A DNA stretch of 64,000 nt from an uncultured Acidobacteriaceae bacterium (GCA_963836305.1 CAWIJP010000015.1:45900-109899), one strand, 5' to 3'. Counted from the first letter of the stretch, positions 51,089 through 60,916 are shown. Numbers and translations: made by a program. The notes: generated by a model not told the origin, from the letters alone.

Positions 51089-52825
51089 ATGAAGACTCTG
51101 TCCGAGATTTCAAGACGAAATTTTCTAAAACTCCTGAGCTCCGCCGGGATCGGGATGTCCGCAAGTTCATTCGCCTGGCCGACCACAGAGGCGGCAAGCC
51201 CAGTGACATTCGTTGACATCACCCGCTCGGCAGGGATTACGTTTCAGCATGACAACGCCGCGTCTTCGGAAAAATATCTGATCGAGACAATGGGATCAGG
51301 TTGCGGCTGGATCGATTACGACCAAAACGGACTCCTCGATCTCTACCTGGTGAATGGTGCAGCCACCCGTACCTACAGCCCGAGGCAGTCCTTACGCAGC
51401 GCCCTTTACCGGAATAACGGAGATGGAACCTTCTCCGACGTTACGGTTAAGGCTGGCGTCGGCGCCGAGGGCCTGTTTGGCATGGGCGTGGCCGTGGGAG
51501 ATTACGACAACGACGGATTCCCTGACTTGTTCGTGCTCGGCTATGGGCGGTGCATTCTCTACCACAACAACGGAGACGGAACGTTTACTGACGTCACCGG
51601 ACACGCTGGCGTGGAGAATTTAGCCCGCTGGGCGTCAAGCGCCGCATGGTTCGACTACGACAATGATGGCCGCCTGGATCTGGTAATTGCCAACTACGTC
51701 GACTGGTCGCCGGAGCGCAATTTCTATTGCGGAGATCAAGGTCCGGGGATGCGGAGCTATTGTCATCCCGATGATTTTCATGGCCAGCCCCCGACGCTGT
51801 ATCACAACAACGGGGATGGCACCTTCATCGATGTAAGCAAGACCTCCGGGCTGGGACTGAAGGGAGGAAACGGGTTGGGCGTGGTCACGTTTGATTACGA
51901 CAACGATGGCTGGCAAGACATTTTCATTGCGAATGACCACATGCCAAATTTCCTGTTCCACAACAACCGCGACGGGACCTTTCACGAAGTGGGATATGCG
52001 GCTGGCGTCGCCGTCAGCTCGGACGGCCAGTTCGAGGCGGGCATGGGAACCGACGCCGCTGACGCCACGGGCACCGGCCGCATGGATCTAATTGTCACCC
52101 ACCTCGACCTGCAACTCGCGCGGCTCTATGAAAACCTGGGAGACCAAACTTTCGATGATGCCACTTTGCGTTCGAAGATTGGCTACGCGACTTATCACAT
52201 GAGCGGGTTCGGCACGCGTTTTATGGACTACGACAACGATGGCGCGCGTGACATCTTCATGGCGAACGGACACGTTCTCGACAACATTCAGCGCTACCAC
52301 GCGGATACGCAATACGCCGAACCCAAGCTGATGTTTCGCAACAACGGACGTGGACTTTTTGACAATGTGAGTAACCGGCTGGGTCCGGATTTTCAGCTGC
52401 CACGAGTAAGCCGCGGCGCCGCAGTCGCCGATTTCGACAACGACGGCGATCTCGACATTCTTGTCAACAACAACGGGGAGGCTCCCCAACTACTGCGCAA
52501 TGACGGCGGAAATGCTAACCACTGGCTGGAGATCTTGCTGATCGGGACGAAGTCCAATCGAGACGGTGTGGGCGCTCGGGCCAAACTCTCGGCTGGAGAG
52601 CTTGTTCTTTTTGATCAGAAAAAGGGAGGCATGAGTTATCAATCCGCGCAGGACCCACGGCTTCATTTCGGATTAGGGCAGCATGGCAACGTGGACTCGC
52701 TCGAAATCACGTGGCCCAGCGGAGCGGTCACGAAGCTGGCGAATCTCAGAGCCGATCAGATTATTACAGTCAAAGAAGACATTGGCATCGTGCCACGGCC
52801 GTTCCCATGTGTTCCTGCAAGGTGA
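51089..52825 (+). CDS. CRTAC1-family protein (FG-GAP/VCBS repeats + ASPIC/UnbV domain), Tat signal
   Basis: 'SRRNFLKLLSSAGIGMS'. At least 7 repeats of the 'DYDNDGxxDL' Ca-binding type. C-terminal 'GGMSYQSAQDPRLHFGLG..VDSLEITWPSG' is ASPIC/UnbV. Confidence 0.85.
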   Translation: MKTLSEISRRNFLKLLSSAGIGMSASSFAWPTTEAASPVTFVDITRSAGITFQHDNAASSEKYLIETMGSGCGWIDYDQNGLLDLYLVNGAATRTYSPRQSLRSALYRNNGDGTFSDVTVKAGVGAEGLFGMGVAVGDYDNDGFPDLFVLGYGRCILYHNNGDGTFTDVTGHAGVENLARWASSAAWFDYDNDGRLDLVIANYVDWSPERNFYCGDQGPGMRSYCHPDDFHGQPPTLYHNNGDGTFIDVSKTSGLGLKGGNGLGVVTFDYDNDGWQDIFIANDHMPNFLFHNNRDGTFHEVGYAAGVAVSSDGQFEAGMGTDAADATGTGRMDLIVTHLDLQLARLYENLGDQTFDDATLRSKIGYATYHMSGFGTRFMDYDNDGARDIFMANGHVLDNIQRYHADTQYAEPKLMFRNNGRGLFDNVSNRLGPDFQLPRVSRGAAVADFDNDGDLDILVNNNGEAPQLLRNDGGNANHWLEILLIGTKSNRDGVGARAKLSAGELVLFDQKKGGMSYQSAQDPRLHFGLGQHGNVDSLEITWPSGAVTKLANLRADQIITVKEDIGIVPRPFPCVPAR

Positions 52826-52852
52826 GAATCTCACGCTCGATTGGAATGCGCA

Positions 52853-54073
52853 TTATTGTTGCGGCGTTGTTCCTTCCCCTATTGCTCGTCGACTCGAATA
52901 TCCCAGCTTGCGATCGCCGGGAGCAGAACTGATTCGATCTGCCTGTTCTCGATTCAACTTCTGGAGCACCGCAAGCGCATCCTGCGCGCGTTGAATTTCT
53001 CCGTGCCGCTGAAAAGCCTTGGCTAGATTGGCGTAAACAGATGGATCGTCCGGCTCAAGCTGGTTCGCTTTTTCCAGATGAGCGATTGCATCCTCAAGGC
53101 GGCCAGCCATCAGGTAAAGACTGCCAAGCGAGATCTGCGAAGCCGGATCATTCGGGTATTGCGTGACCGCCTTCTCCAGAACAGTTTGCGCTTCAACAAA
53201 GTCGGCCTGACCTGGACTGACTCCGGAGCGAATCAAAGCCTCGGCCAGAATCGTCAATAGCGCGTGATTTTCATAACCTCTCCTGACGCCTTCGCGCGCG
53301 ATTCGAACTGCGTCAGGAATATTTCCCTCAAATAATTCTTCGTGCGCAGCTGCGAGGTAACCAATCTCGCTTCCGGATGCGAGTGTGGCCGCCGACTCAA
53401 AGTCCGACTTGGCTTGATCGAACTGATCAAGCCGAGTAAGAAACATGGCTCGTTCGTAGTGGAGTCGCGCCGATTGTGGCAGATTTTGTAAGCCGATGCC
53501 GACCACCGTGAGCCCAAGGCTGTAATCTTTGTGATTCATGCAGGCATCTGCGACAAATGAATAGAGCTTCTCGTTGTGCGGCGACTGCGCGACCGCTTTT
53601 TGTATGGAAGCGAGGGCCTCTTGCGGTTCTGAGTTTCCGATATATGCCTGGGCGAGTAAGTTCTCTACGTCCACGTTGTCGTGTCTACCACTGCGTAGAC
53701 CATTCAGAATCTCAATCGCATTTTTGAACTGGCTGATTCCGATGTAGCAAAGTGCGAGGTTGAAATTTGCTGCATACTCGTTGGTTACTCGCCCTCGCGC
53801 CGCCAGGAGATGCGGGATGGCCTCAGAGAGAGAACCGCGCTGGGTGAGTGCAGTTCCCTTCCGCAGTTCTTCTTCGCCCTGAACTTTTTCGTCGTGGTTT
53901 TGCGAACTCAACGCGGCGTCGCGATCAGGCGATTGAGTTGTTCTATCTTGGCTCGCCGGAAGCTGCTGTCTCGCAGGCATGACTTGCGGATTACTTGGCA
54001 AGCTGGCAAACAAGAGCGCAGCTGAAGCTATCGCTCTCGAACACGCGGCTAAAACTCGATCTCGCAACACCAT
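52853..54073 (-). CDS. TPR-repeat protein, exported
   Basis: 406 aa. Signal-like 'AIASAALLFASLPSNPQV'. Repeated 34-aa TPR units (e.g. 'AIAHLEKANQLEPDDPSVYANLAKAFQRHGEIQRAQDAL'). Confidence 0.8.
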   Translation of the reverse strand: MVLRDRVLAACSRAIASAALLFASLPSNPQVMPARQQLPASQDRTTQSPDRDAALSSQNHDEKVQGEEELRKGTALTQRGSLSEAIPHLLAARGRVTNEYAANFNLALCYIGISQFKNAIEILNGLRSGRHDNVDVENLLAQAYIGNSEPQEALASIQKAVAQSPHNEKLYSFVADACMNHKDYSLGLTVVGIGLQNLPQSARLHYERAMFLTRLDQFDQAKSDFESAATLASGSEIGYLAAAHEELFEGNIPDAVRIAREGVRRGYENHALLTILAEALIRSGVSPGQADFVEAQTVLEKAVTQYPNDPASQISLGSLYLMAGRLEDAIAHLEKANQLEPDDPSVYANLAKAFQRHGEIQRAQDALAVLQKLNREQADRISSAPGDRKLGYSSRRAIGEGTTPQQ

Positions 54074-54113
54074 CTATTTCATCCGGCGTCAACAATGCCC
54101 GGCCTCTCGCGCT

Positions 54114-55838
54114 TTACTTCCACTTACCCTCGCCCTCGACAATCGTGATGTAGCGATCGATGGGCAAACCGGCAAACGGTTGTGTCTTACCACTGGGTTG
54201 GGGCCATTGTATTTCCAGCCAGTCGATTTTCGTTCGCTTTCCTAACCCCAAAACCATCCGGGGATCGTGCGCAGAAAGATAGCTACCTCCGCCTACCTTG
54301 AATTGATGGCGCTTTAGATCGCCGGATTGATAAGTAATCTTGGCACCGATGGCATCGATATTGGACTTCGTGCCCACGAGTCGCACGCCCAACCAGTGGT
54401 TCTGACGGCCTAGATTGTTGCGCAGGAGAATGGGCGCTGCGTTATTCTGCGTCACCAACACATCGACCGAACCATCGTTATCGAAATCGCCGAGCGCCAG
54501 ACCACGCCCGGAGAGTGGCTGTGAAAAGATGGGCCCGCTTCGCTGGCTCACATTTTCAAAACCTTTCCCAGTGTTGCGAAATAGCAGCATGGGCTCAAGG
54601 AATTTCACGCCTTCGACTCTTTTGTCGACGGAATCATCGGGGTGCCCATTGCAGAGAAGCAGGTCGAGATCACCGTCATTGTCGTAGTCGAAGAATTTTG
54701 ATCCCCAACCGCTGAGCATACGCGTTGCCGCACCGATTCCGGTCGAAAGAGCCATGTCACTGAAGGTCTCGCTCTTGTCATTGTGGTAGAGCGAATACAT
54801 TTCGTGATCGACATTGGCCTCGAACAGATCAATCCAGCCGTCTTGATCAAAGTCAGCAGCGTCGACTCCCATGCCGGAGCGAGGTTTGCCAAAGGCGTTG
54901 ACTCCGACGCCAGCCAGCATTCCGATTTCTTCGAATCGTCCCTTCGCCCGGTTGGCAAACAGGAAGTTGGGAACAGTGTCGTTGGTCACGTAAAGATCCA
55001 TATGACCATCGTTGTTGATATCCGCTGCGACCACTCCCCAAGCCTTTGCCAGCGCCTGCCCAATCCCAGATTCCTTGCTTACGTCGGTGAACGTTCCGTC
55101 GCCATTGTTGTGAAAGAGCCAGCACGGCATCGGATCGTAAATGCTGGGAATACAATAGAAACGCTCGCTCGTCACACGATCACCGCAGAACTTCAACTTG
55201 CTCTTGCTGTAGTCCACGAAGTGGCAGACAAATAGATCTAGCCGTCCATCATTGTCGTAATCGAACCATACAGCGCTGGTTGCCCACCCAGGAGCCGCCA
55301 CGCCGGCTCTTGCCGTGACATCGGTGAAAGTACCGTCTCCGTTATTGTGATAGAGAATGCTGTGTGGATACTGCGTGACGTAAAGGTCCGGGAAACCATC
55401 ACCGTTATAGTCTCCAACTGCGATGCCCATACCGTAGGCGTTGCCGGGAACTCCGGCCTTCTGCGTAACGTCGGTAAAGGTGCCGTCGCGGTTGTTGTGA
55501 TAGAGCGCGTTACGCAGTGGCTGGGCAGGTTCGTAAAAATCACATCGTCCGCTGTTCACTAAATAGATGTCCATCCATCCGTCATTGTCGTAGTCGAGGA
55601 ATGCGCATCCGGCCCCGACAGTCTCCGGCAAGTGAGCCATGGGGGAACGTCCGTTTACATGAACCCAGGAGATGCCGCTGGCAGTGGCGGGAACTTCCTC
55701 AAACGCCGGCACCAGATTGTCCGCCGCCCTTAAGAGACCGTTGCCACCCAGTGCGCCACCGACTCCCATCCATCCTAACGTCTGAAGAAAATGACGGCGG
55801 GAAGCCAGGTTCCACATACCGCTTCGGCGTTTCGCCAT
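54114..55838 (-). CDS. CRTAC1-family protein (FG-GAP/VCBS repeats + ASPIC/UnbV), Tat signal; paralog of 51089-52825
   Basis: 'ASRRHFLQTLGWMGVGGAL'. 'DYDNDGWMDIYLVN', 'DYNGDGFPDLYV' and similar repeats. C-terminal 'GGGSYLSAHDPRMVLGLG..IDWLEIQWPQPSG'. Confidence 0.85.
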   Translation of the reverse strand: MAKRRSGMWNLASRRHFLQTLGWMGVGGALGGNGLLRAADNLVPAFEEVPATASGISWVHVNGRSPMAHLPETVGAGCAFLDYDNDGWMDIYLVNSGRCDFYEPAQPLRNALYHNNRDGTFTDVTQKAGVPGNAYGMGIAVGDYNGDGFPDLYVTQYPHSILYHNNGDGTFTDVTARAGVAAPGWATSAVWFDYDNDGRLDLFVCHFVDYSKSKLKFCGDRVTSERFYCIPSIYDPMPCWLFHNNGDGTFTDVSKESGIGQALAKAWGVVAADINNDGHMDLYVTNDTVPNFLFANRAKGRFEEIGMLAGVGVNAFGKPRSGMGVDAADFDQDGWIDLFEANVDHEMYSLYHNDKSETFSDMALSTGIGAATRMLSGWGSKFFDYDNDGDLDLLLCNGHPDDSVDKRVEGVKFLEPMLLFRNTGKGFENVSQRSGPIFSQPLSGRGLALGDFDNDGSVDVLVTQNNAAPILLRNNLGRQNHWLGVRLVGTKSNIDAIGAKITYQSGDLKRHQFKVGGGSYLSAHDPRMVLGLGKRTKIDWLEIQWPQPSGKTQPFAGLPIDRYITIVEGEGKWK

Positions 55839-55858
55839 TCACCGAACCTCCGCTGGCG

Positions 55859-56803
55859 TCACCTGGGCGCCTGCGCACTTGACGGTTGCTTCGCCGACGC
55901 TTCTCGTTGCAGCGCCATTTCCCGTTCCGCTTCCGGCTTATGCCCGGTGCGAGCGTAGGCGGTAGCCAACTGGTAGTGGCCGGCTGGATCTCCAGGCTGC
56001 ATCTTTATATAGCTCTGCAGGGGTGCGATGGCTTCCGTAAACTTTCCTGCTGAGTTAAGTGACATCCCGAGCGCCAGATATGCCTCTTGAAACCCCTGAT
56101 CAAGCTTCGCTGCTCGCGAAAAGTGCGCAACGGCTTCGTCCCATTGCCCGGCTTGACGAGCCATCTCTCCCAGCAGAAACTCCGCTGGAGCGTATTCCGG
56201 ATCGATCTTCAACTCTTCTTCGAATTCCGCCTTGGCGCTCTGGGGATCCGCCGGCGATCTCGACATCAAGATGCGCCCCAGACGGTAGTGAATACCATGC
56301 AGGTTAGGCTCTTGCTCGAGGATCTCTTTGTAGAGGGCAACGGCCTTATCCCAGTTTTCCTGCGACTCAAAAGCCTCAGCTTCGAGCTGTTCTGCCTGAT
56401 GTGAAGTGGGTGCGGTTGCCGCAAGTTCCTGTGCCGCCCGTGAAGCCAGCTCCGAATAAAAGTGCGTGGTGGTGTAGAGCACATCGAGATCGCGAGGAAA
56501 TTCGCGGTTGAGCAGAATCAGCGCCTCGACTGCAGCGTCCGTACGGTCAAGGCTCATCGCGCAACGAGCGGTAGCCATCTCGACGCGATACTTGGCTTGG
56601 TTGTCAGTAAGATGCGGCGTAGCTTTCTTCAGAATCGGCAACGCCTCCCGGCAGCGCCCTTTCGAGGCAAGGTTGACGCCTTGTTCTGTTAAGGACGAGG
56701 GTTCAACGGGTGGACCTTTCGGAGACACCTGAGCACCAGATATCTCGACCACAAGAGTGCACACCCAGAAAAGGAAGCAGCAAGCTTGAAAGAATCTACT
56801 CAT
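55859..56803 (-). CDS. TPR-repeat protein, exported
   Basis: 314 aa. Signal 'CCFLFWVCTLVVEISGAQV'. TPR units (e.g. 'AVAHFSRAAKLDQGFQEAYLALGMSLNSAGKFTEAIAPLQSYIKMQPGDPAGHYQLATAY'). First gene of a TPR-CRTAC1-TPR string. Confidence 0.8.
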   Translation of the reverse strand: MSRFFQACCFLFWVCTLVVEISGAQVSPKGPPVEPSSLTEQGVNLASKGRCREALPILKKATPHLTDNQAKYRVEMATARCAMSLDRTDAAVEALILLNREFPRDLDVLYTTTHFYSELASRAAQELAATAPTSHQAEQLEAEAFESQENWDKAVALYKEILEQEPNLHGIHYRLGRILMSRSPADPQSAKAEFEEELKIDPEYAPAEFLLGEMARQAGQWDEAVAHFSRAAKLDQGFQEAYLALGMSLNSAGKFTEAIAPLQSYIKMQPGDPAGHYQLATAYARTGHKPEAEREMALQREASAKQPSSAQAPR

Positions 56804-56925
56804 AGAGAGATGTTTGTCCAGGTCAGCGCCCTCACCACGAATCTCAGAAGCGTCCCAATAGGTGGCGCCGATTGAAGACTACATGATCCAGTTGCAAATT
56901 TTGGCGACTCGCAAAAGTCAAATCT

Positions 56926-56947
56926 AGTGTATACAATATCCATAAAG
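56926..56947 (-). promoter_or_regulatory. Candidate operator (site B) in the TPR-operon / GH127 divergent region
   Basis: Forward AGTGTATACAATATCCATAAAG; reverse complement CTTTATGGATATTGTATACACT. Contains the perfect 8-bp palindrome TGTATACA (56928-56935) and the 10-mer TTTATGGATA shared with site A. Lies 45-66 bp upstream of the GH127 ATG. Confidence 0.4.
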
Positions 56948-56991
56948 AACGGCCAAAGCATTTGGAAACGGCTCTGTGGAGGAACACGCTG

Positions 56992-58935
56992 ATGACGCGA
57001 TTTGGGGATTTCTCTCGCAGACAATTTATGACTTCAGTGGCTGCCGCCGCCGGTACAGCTCTGATCCCCAGAGCCCTATCCGCAACGCCTCCGCAAGATC
57101 CCGTTGTGAACACAACACAAAAAGCAGGCAAGGCCGTCAGTTATGAAAAAGTTCCCTGGAGAGTCCGCCCATTTCCCATGAAACAAGTACGGCTGGGCGA
57201 AGGTCCATGCAAGGTCGCGATGGAAGCCGACCGACAGTTTCTGCATTCGCTGCCTCCAGACCGCCTCCTGCATACATTTCGCATCAACGCTGGTATTCCT
57301 TCGTCGGCGGAACCCCTAGGAGGATGGGAGAAGCCTGACTGTGAGCTGCGCGGTCACTATGCTGGCGGACACTACCTTTCGGCCTGCGCTCTAATGTACG
57401 CCAGCACTGGAGACGACGATCTCAAAAAAAATGCGAATACCGTCGTAGCCGAACTCGGCAAATGCCAAACAGCTTTGAAGAGCGGTTATCTCAGCGCCTT
57501 CCCGATTGATTTCTTCGACCGCCTTCGGGAGCGCGAGAGAGTGTGGGCTCCCTTTTATACGATTCACAAGATCATGGCCGGACTGCTTGACATGTACGTC
57601 CATACCGCCAATGAGCAGGCACTCGAGATGGATGAGAAGATAGCCGACTGGGTCGCGGGCTATACCGGCTCACTCAGTTACGAACATATGCAACGCGTCC
57701 TGGGAACGGAATACGGCGGCATGGGCGAGGTCCTCTCGAATTTATATGCCGTCACCGGCAAAGAATATTACATCGAGGTCGCGCAACGTTTTGATAAGAA
57801 GCGGTTCTGCGATCCGCTGGCTGCTCATCGCGATGAGCTGAAGGGCCTGCACGTCAATACGCACATCCCGCAAGTGATCGCGGCGGCGCGCTATTACGAA
57901 CTTACCGGCGACCGCCGCTATCGCGACATCGCGGAATACTTCTGGGATGAAGTGGTGAGCGAGCGCTCCTATTGCACCGGCGGCACCAGCAACGGCGAAT
58001 CCTGGAATACGGACCCCGGCATACTTTCAACTCAGCTCAGCACCAATACCACGGAATGTTGCTGCGCTTACAACATGATGAAGTTGACCCGGCACCTGTT
58101 TGGCTGGGAACCCGATGCCCACCTGATGGATTACTACGAGCGTACGTTGTTCAATCACCGGCTCGGCACGATCAATCCAGAAGACGGGACGATGATGTAC
58201 TACCTGCCGCTGGCGTCGGGTTACTGGAAAACTTTCGGCAAGCCCTTTGACGCATTATGGTGCTGCACCGGAACGGGATCGGAAGAGTATGGAAAATTGA
58301 CCGACACGATTTACTTCCATGACGACGATTCACTCTATGTAAATCTCTTCATCGACTCACAACTGGAATGGCTGGAGAAAGGTCTGCGCGTAAGGCAAGA
58401 GACGCGCTTCCCGGAAGAGCAAGGCACTACGATCACTGTCTCCACTAAGAGCCCAGCACAGTTTGCGATCAACCTACGCGTTCCCTATTGGGTGCAAGGC
58501 GGCAACGTGAAAATCAATGGCGCTCCTCTGCCGGCATTTTCCAGTCCGAGCAGCTACCTCACTCTCAATCGAGTCTGGAAGAGCGGAGACAAAATTGAAC
58601 TTAGTTTGCCTATGGGTTTGCATATCGACAGCATGCCTGACAATCAGACCATCCAGGCCGCGATGTACGGCCCACTCGTGCTTGCCGGACGGTTCGAGGC
58701 GGTGAGCAAAGAAATGACCTACGGTGATTACGAGCCAAAAGCGGGCGACGAGAAAAGAGTCGCGGACATCGTCGCTGACGAGAGCAAGCCCACGGCGTGG
58801 ATTCAACCCGACGCCAAGCAGCCCCTTACCTTCCAAACCGCAGGACAATCGCAATCACTGACCATGGTGCCTCTCTACAAAGTGATCCACGAGCGCTACG
58901 CCGTCTATTGGAAGGTGGATAACAAGACCACGTAA
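56992..58935 (+). CDS. Glycoside hydrolase family 127 (DUF1680; beta-L-arabinofuranosidase family), Tat signal
   Basis: 'FSRRQFMTSVAAAAGTALIP'. Conserved 'GHYLSA', 'FYTIHKIMAGLLD' and 'YCTGGTSNGE'. Cys-rich catalytic/Zn region 'TECCCAYNMMKL' and 'LWCCTGTGSE'. ATG 56992 is preferred to TTG 56962. Confidence 0.8.
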   Translation: MTRFGDFSRRQFMTSVAAAAGTALIPRALSATPPQDPVVNTTQKAGKAVSYEKVPWRVRPFPMKQVRLGEGPCKVAMEADRQFLHSLPPDRLLHTFRINAGIPSSAEPLGGWEKPDCELRGHYAGGHYLSACALMYASTGDDDLKKNANTVVAELGKCQTALKSGYLSAFPIDFFDRLRERERVWAPFYTIHKIMAGLLDMYVHTANEQALEMDEKIADWVAGYTGSLSYEHMQRVLGTEYGGMGEVLSNLYAVTGKEYYIEVAQRFDKKRFCDPLAAHRDELKGLHVNTHIPQVIAAARYYELTGDRRYRDIAEYFWDEVVSERSYCTGGTSNGESWNTDPGILSTQLSTNTTECCCAYNMMKLTRHLFGWEPDAHLMDYYERTLFNHRLGTINPEDGTMMYYLPLASGYWKTFGKPFDALWCCTGTGSEEYGKLTDTIYFHDDDSLYVNLFIDSQLEWLEKGLRVRQETRFPEEQGTTITVSTKSPAQFAINLRVPYWVQGGNVKINGAPLPAFSSPSSYLTLNRVWKSGDKIELSLPMGLHIDSMPDNQTIQAAMYGPLVLAGRFEAVSKEMTYGDYEPKAGDEKRVADIVADESKPTAWIQPDAKQPLTFQTAGQSQSLTMVPLYKVIHERYAVYWKVDNKTT

Positions 58936-58961
58936 AATTTCTCGCGGTGGAAAGACAGTTT

Positions 58962-60764
58962 ATGACTCGTTGCATTCGGCCGGCTCTTAGCTGCCTGGTT
59001 CTGTTTGTCTTGACATCGATGTCTGTGCAATCTTCACCCGCCCAAGGCAGCGGGGCGTCGCCCTCGACCGTGGAGAATCGCCGCCACGATCTTCATTCTC
59101 TCTTCGATGAGGAATGGCAATATGAGTTGCGCACGAATCCCGAGTGGGCAACGATGTTGGGCGACAACCGTTACAACGATCGCCTGAGTGACAGCTCCCC
59201 AGAATTCTTTCGCTCCGATCTGGAGCAGCGACGCGGCTTTCTGGCGCGTTTCGAGGCCATTGATCCTGCCGGCCTCTCGCGGCAAGACACGCTGAGCCTT
59301 GAGTTGATGATTCGCAAACTGGGTTTAGAGATTGAAGGAGCGCAGTTCAAGCACTGGGAGATGCCGGTGAATCAGATGGGCGGCCTGCATCTGGAACTAC
59401 CGGACATGATCGTCATTACTCCCTTCAACAGCCTTGCCGATTACGATAACTACCTGGCGCGCCTGCACCAGATTCCGCGCGCGTTCGATCAAGTGACAGC
59501 CAATATGCGGCAGGGCATGAAAGATGGTTTGATGCCTCCACGCTATCTTCTCGAGAAAGTCGCTGCGGAGACAGATGACATTGCAAGCAAGACCGGCGAG
59601 AACAGTCCATTTGCCAAACCGCTGAAGGAGTTCCCGGCTAATGTTTCATCAGCCGAGCAAAAACGGTTGCGGGACGAGTTGCTCGCGGCCATCGCCGAGC
59701 AGATCATCCCCACCTACCAGCGTTTTGCCGCCTTCGTTCGCAATGAGTACGCTCCCCACGGCCGCACTGACCCGGGAGTCTGGTCTCTGCCCGACGGCGA
59801 GGCGCGCTATCGCTTCGCCATCCGCCGCATTACCACAACCAATATGACCCCGGAAGAGATCCACGCTCTCGGCCTGAAACAGATCGACGAAATCGAAGCG
59901 GAAATGCTCACCCTTGCGCACAAGCTGGGATTCAAAGACCTGGCGAGTCTCAATGAGCACATCAAGAGCGACCGGCGCTTCTACGCAACCTCCGGCCAGG
60001 AGGTGCTCGATTTATACGCAAACTACGCACGTGGAATGGAGCCCGAGTTGCCTAAGCTCTTCGGTCACCTGCCTAAGACCAAGCTTACGGTGATTCCCAT
60101 GGAAGCCTCGCGCTCCAAGAATGCCGTGCCTGCGGATTATTCGAGTGGCACTCCGGACGGTTCTCGTCCCGGGCACATCAACGTCAATGAATGGGATCCC
60201 GAGCATCGATTAGTGCTGAACATCGAGGCCATCGCTTACCATGAAGGCATTCCCGGCCACCATCTTCAAATTTCATTGGCGCAAGAGATGCAGGACCTGC
60301 CAGCGTTTCGGCGCCACGCGGAGTACACCGCCTTCGTCGAGGGTTGGGCGCTCTACGCCGAACGCCTAGGAAAGGAAGTCGGGCACTACCAGGATCCCTA
60401 TAGCGACTACGGACGTTTGGAAAACGAGATGTGGCGCGCAATCCGCCTTGTGATCGATACAGGCGTGCACGAAAAACATTGGTCGCGCGAGCAGATGGTG
60501 GACTATTTCCATCGCTATACCGCGATGGATGAGCCAAACATCCAGAGCGAAGTCGACCGTTACATTGCGTGGCCCGGTCAAGCTTTGGCATATAAGCTGG
60601 GACAGTTGGAAATTCTGAAGCTACGCGAAGAGGCACGGCAGAAGCTCGGCGACAAGTTCGACATCCGCGCCTTCCACGATGAAGTACTGGGAAATGGAGC
60701 GTTGCCACTCGACGTGCTGGACTTGGAAGTGAACAACTGGATCAACAGTCAGACGAAGCAATAG
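58962..60764 (+). CDS. DUF885-family protein (putative Zn metallopeptidase), exported
   Basis: Signal 'LSCLVLFVLTSMSVQSSPAQG'. The family signature 'AYHEGIPGHHLQ' (HExxxH-like) lies near the C-terminal third, with 'EVDRYIAWPGQALAYKLG'. ATG 58962 is preferred to GTG 58947. Confidence 0.8.
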   Translation: MTRCIRPALSCLVLFVLTSMSVQSSPAQGSGASPSTVENRRHDLHSLFDEEWQYELRTNPEWATMLGDNRYNDRLSDSSPEFFRSDLEQRRGFLARFEAIDPAGLSRQDTLSLELMIRKLGLEIEGAQFKHWEMPVNQMGGLHLELPDMIVITPFNSLADYDNYLARLHQIPRAFDQVTANMRQGMKDGLMPPRYLLEKVAAETDDIASKTGENSPFAKPLKEFPANVSSAEQKRLRDELLAAIAEQIIPTYQRFAAFVRNEYAPHGRTDPGVWSLPDGEARYRFAIRRITTTNMTPEEIHALGLKQIDEIEAEMLTLAHKLGFKDLASLNEHIKSDRRFYATSGQEVLDLYANYARGMEPELPKLFGHLPKTKLTVIPMEASRSKNAVPADYSSGTPDGSRPGHINVNEWDPEHRLVLNIEAIAYHEGIPGHHLQISLAQEMQDLPAFRRHAEYTAFVEGWALYAERLGKEVGHYQDPYSDYGRLENEMWRAIRLVIDTGVHEKHWSREQMVDYFHRYTAMDEPNIQSEVDRYIAWPGQALAYKLGQLEILKLREEARQKLGDKFDIRAFHDEVLGNGALPLDVLDLEVNNWINSQTKQ

Positions 60765-60916
60765 TTCCCGTCGAGGCTGACTGAACGTTCCAGCACGAGC
60801 AGGTGATGTGGCTTCATGCTCTCGGGCGCAGATTCTAGGGCGGCTTCCTTCTCGCGGGGAATGACTAAGGTAGGCGGGGCAACGACCAGCCCCTTCAGCA
60901 CATCCCGACGATTCCA

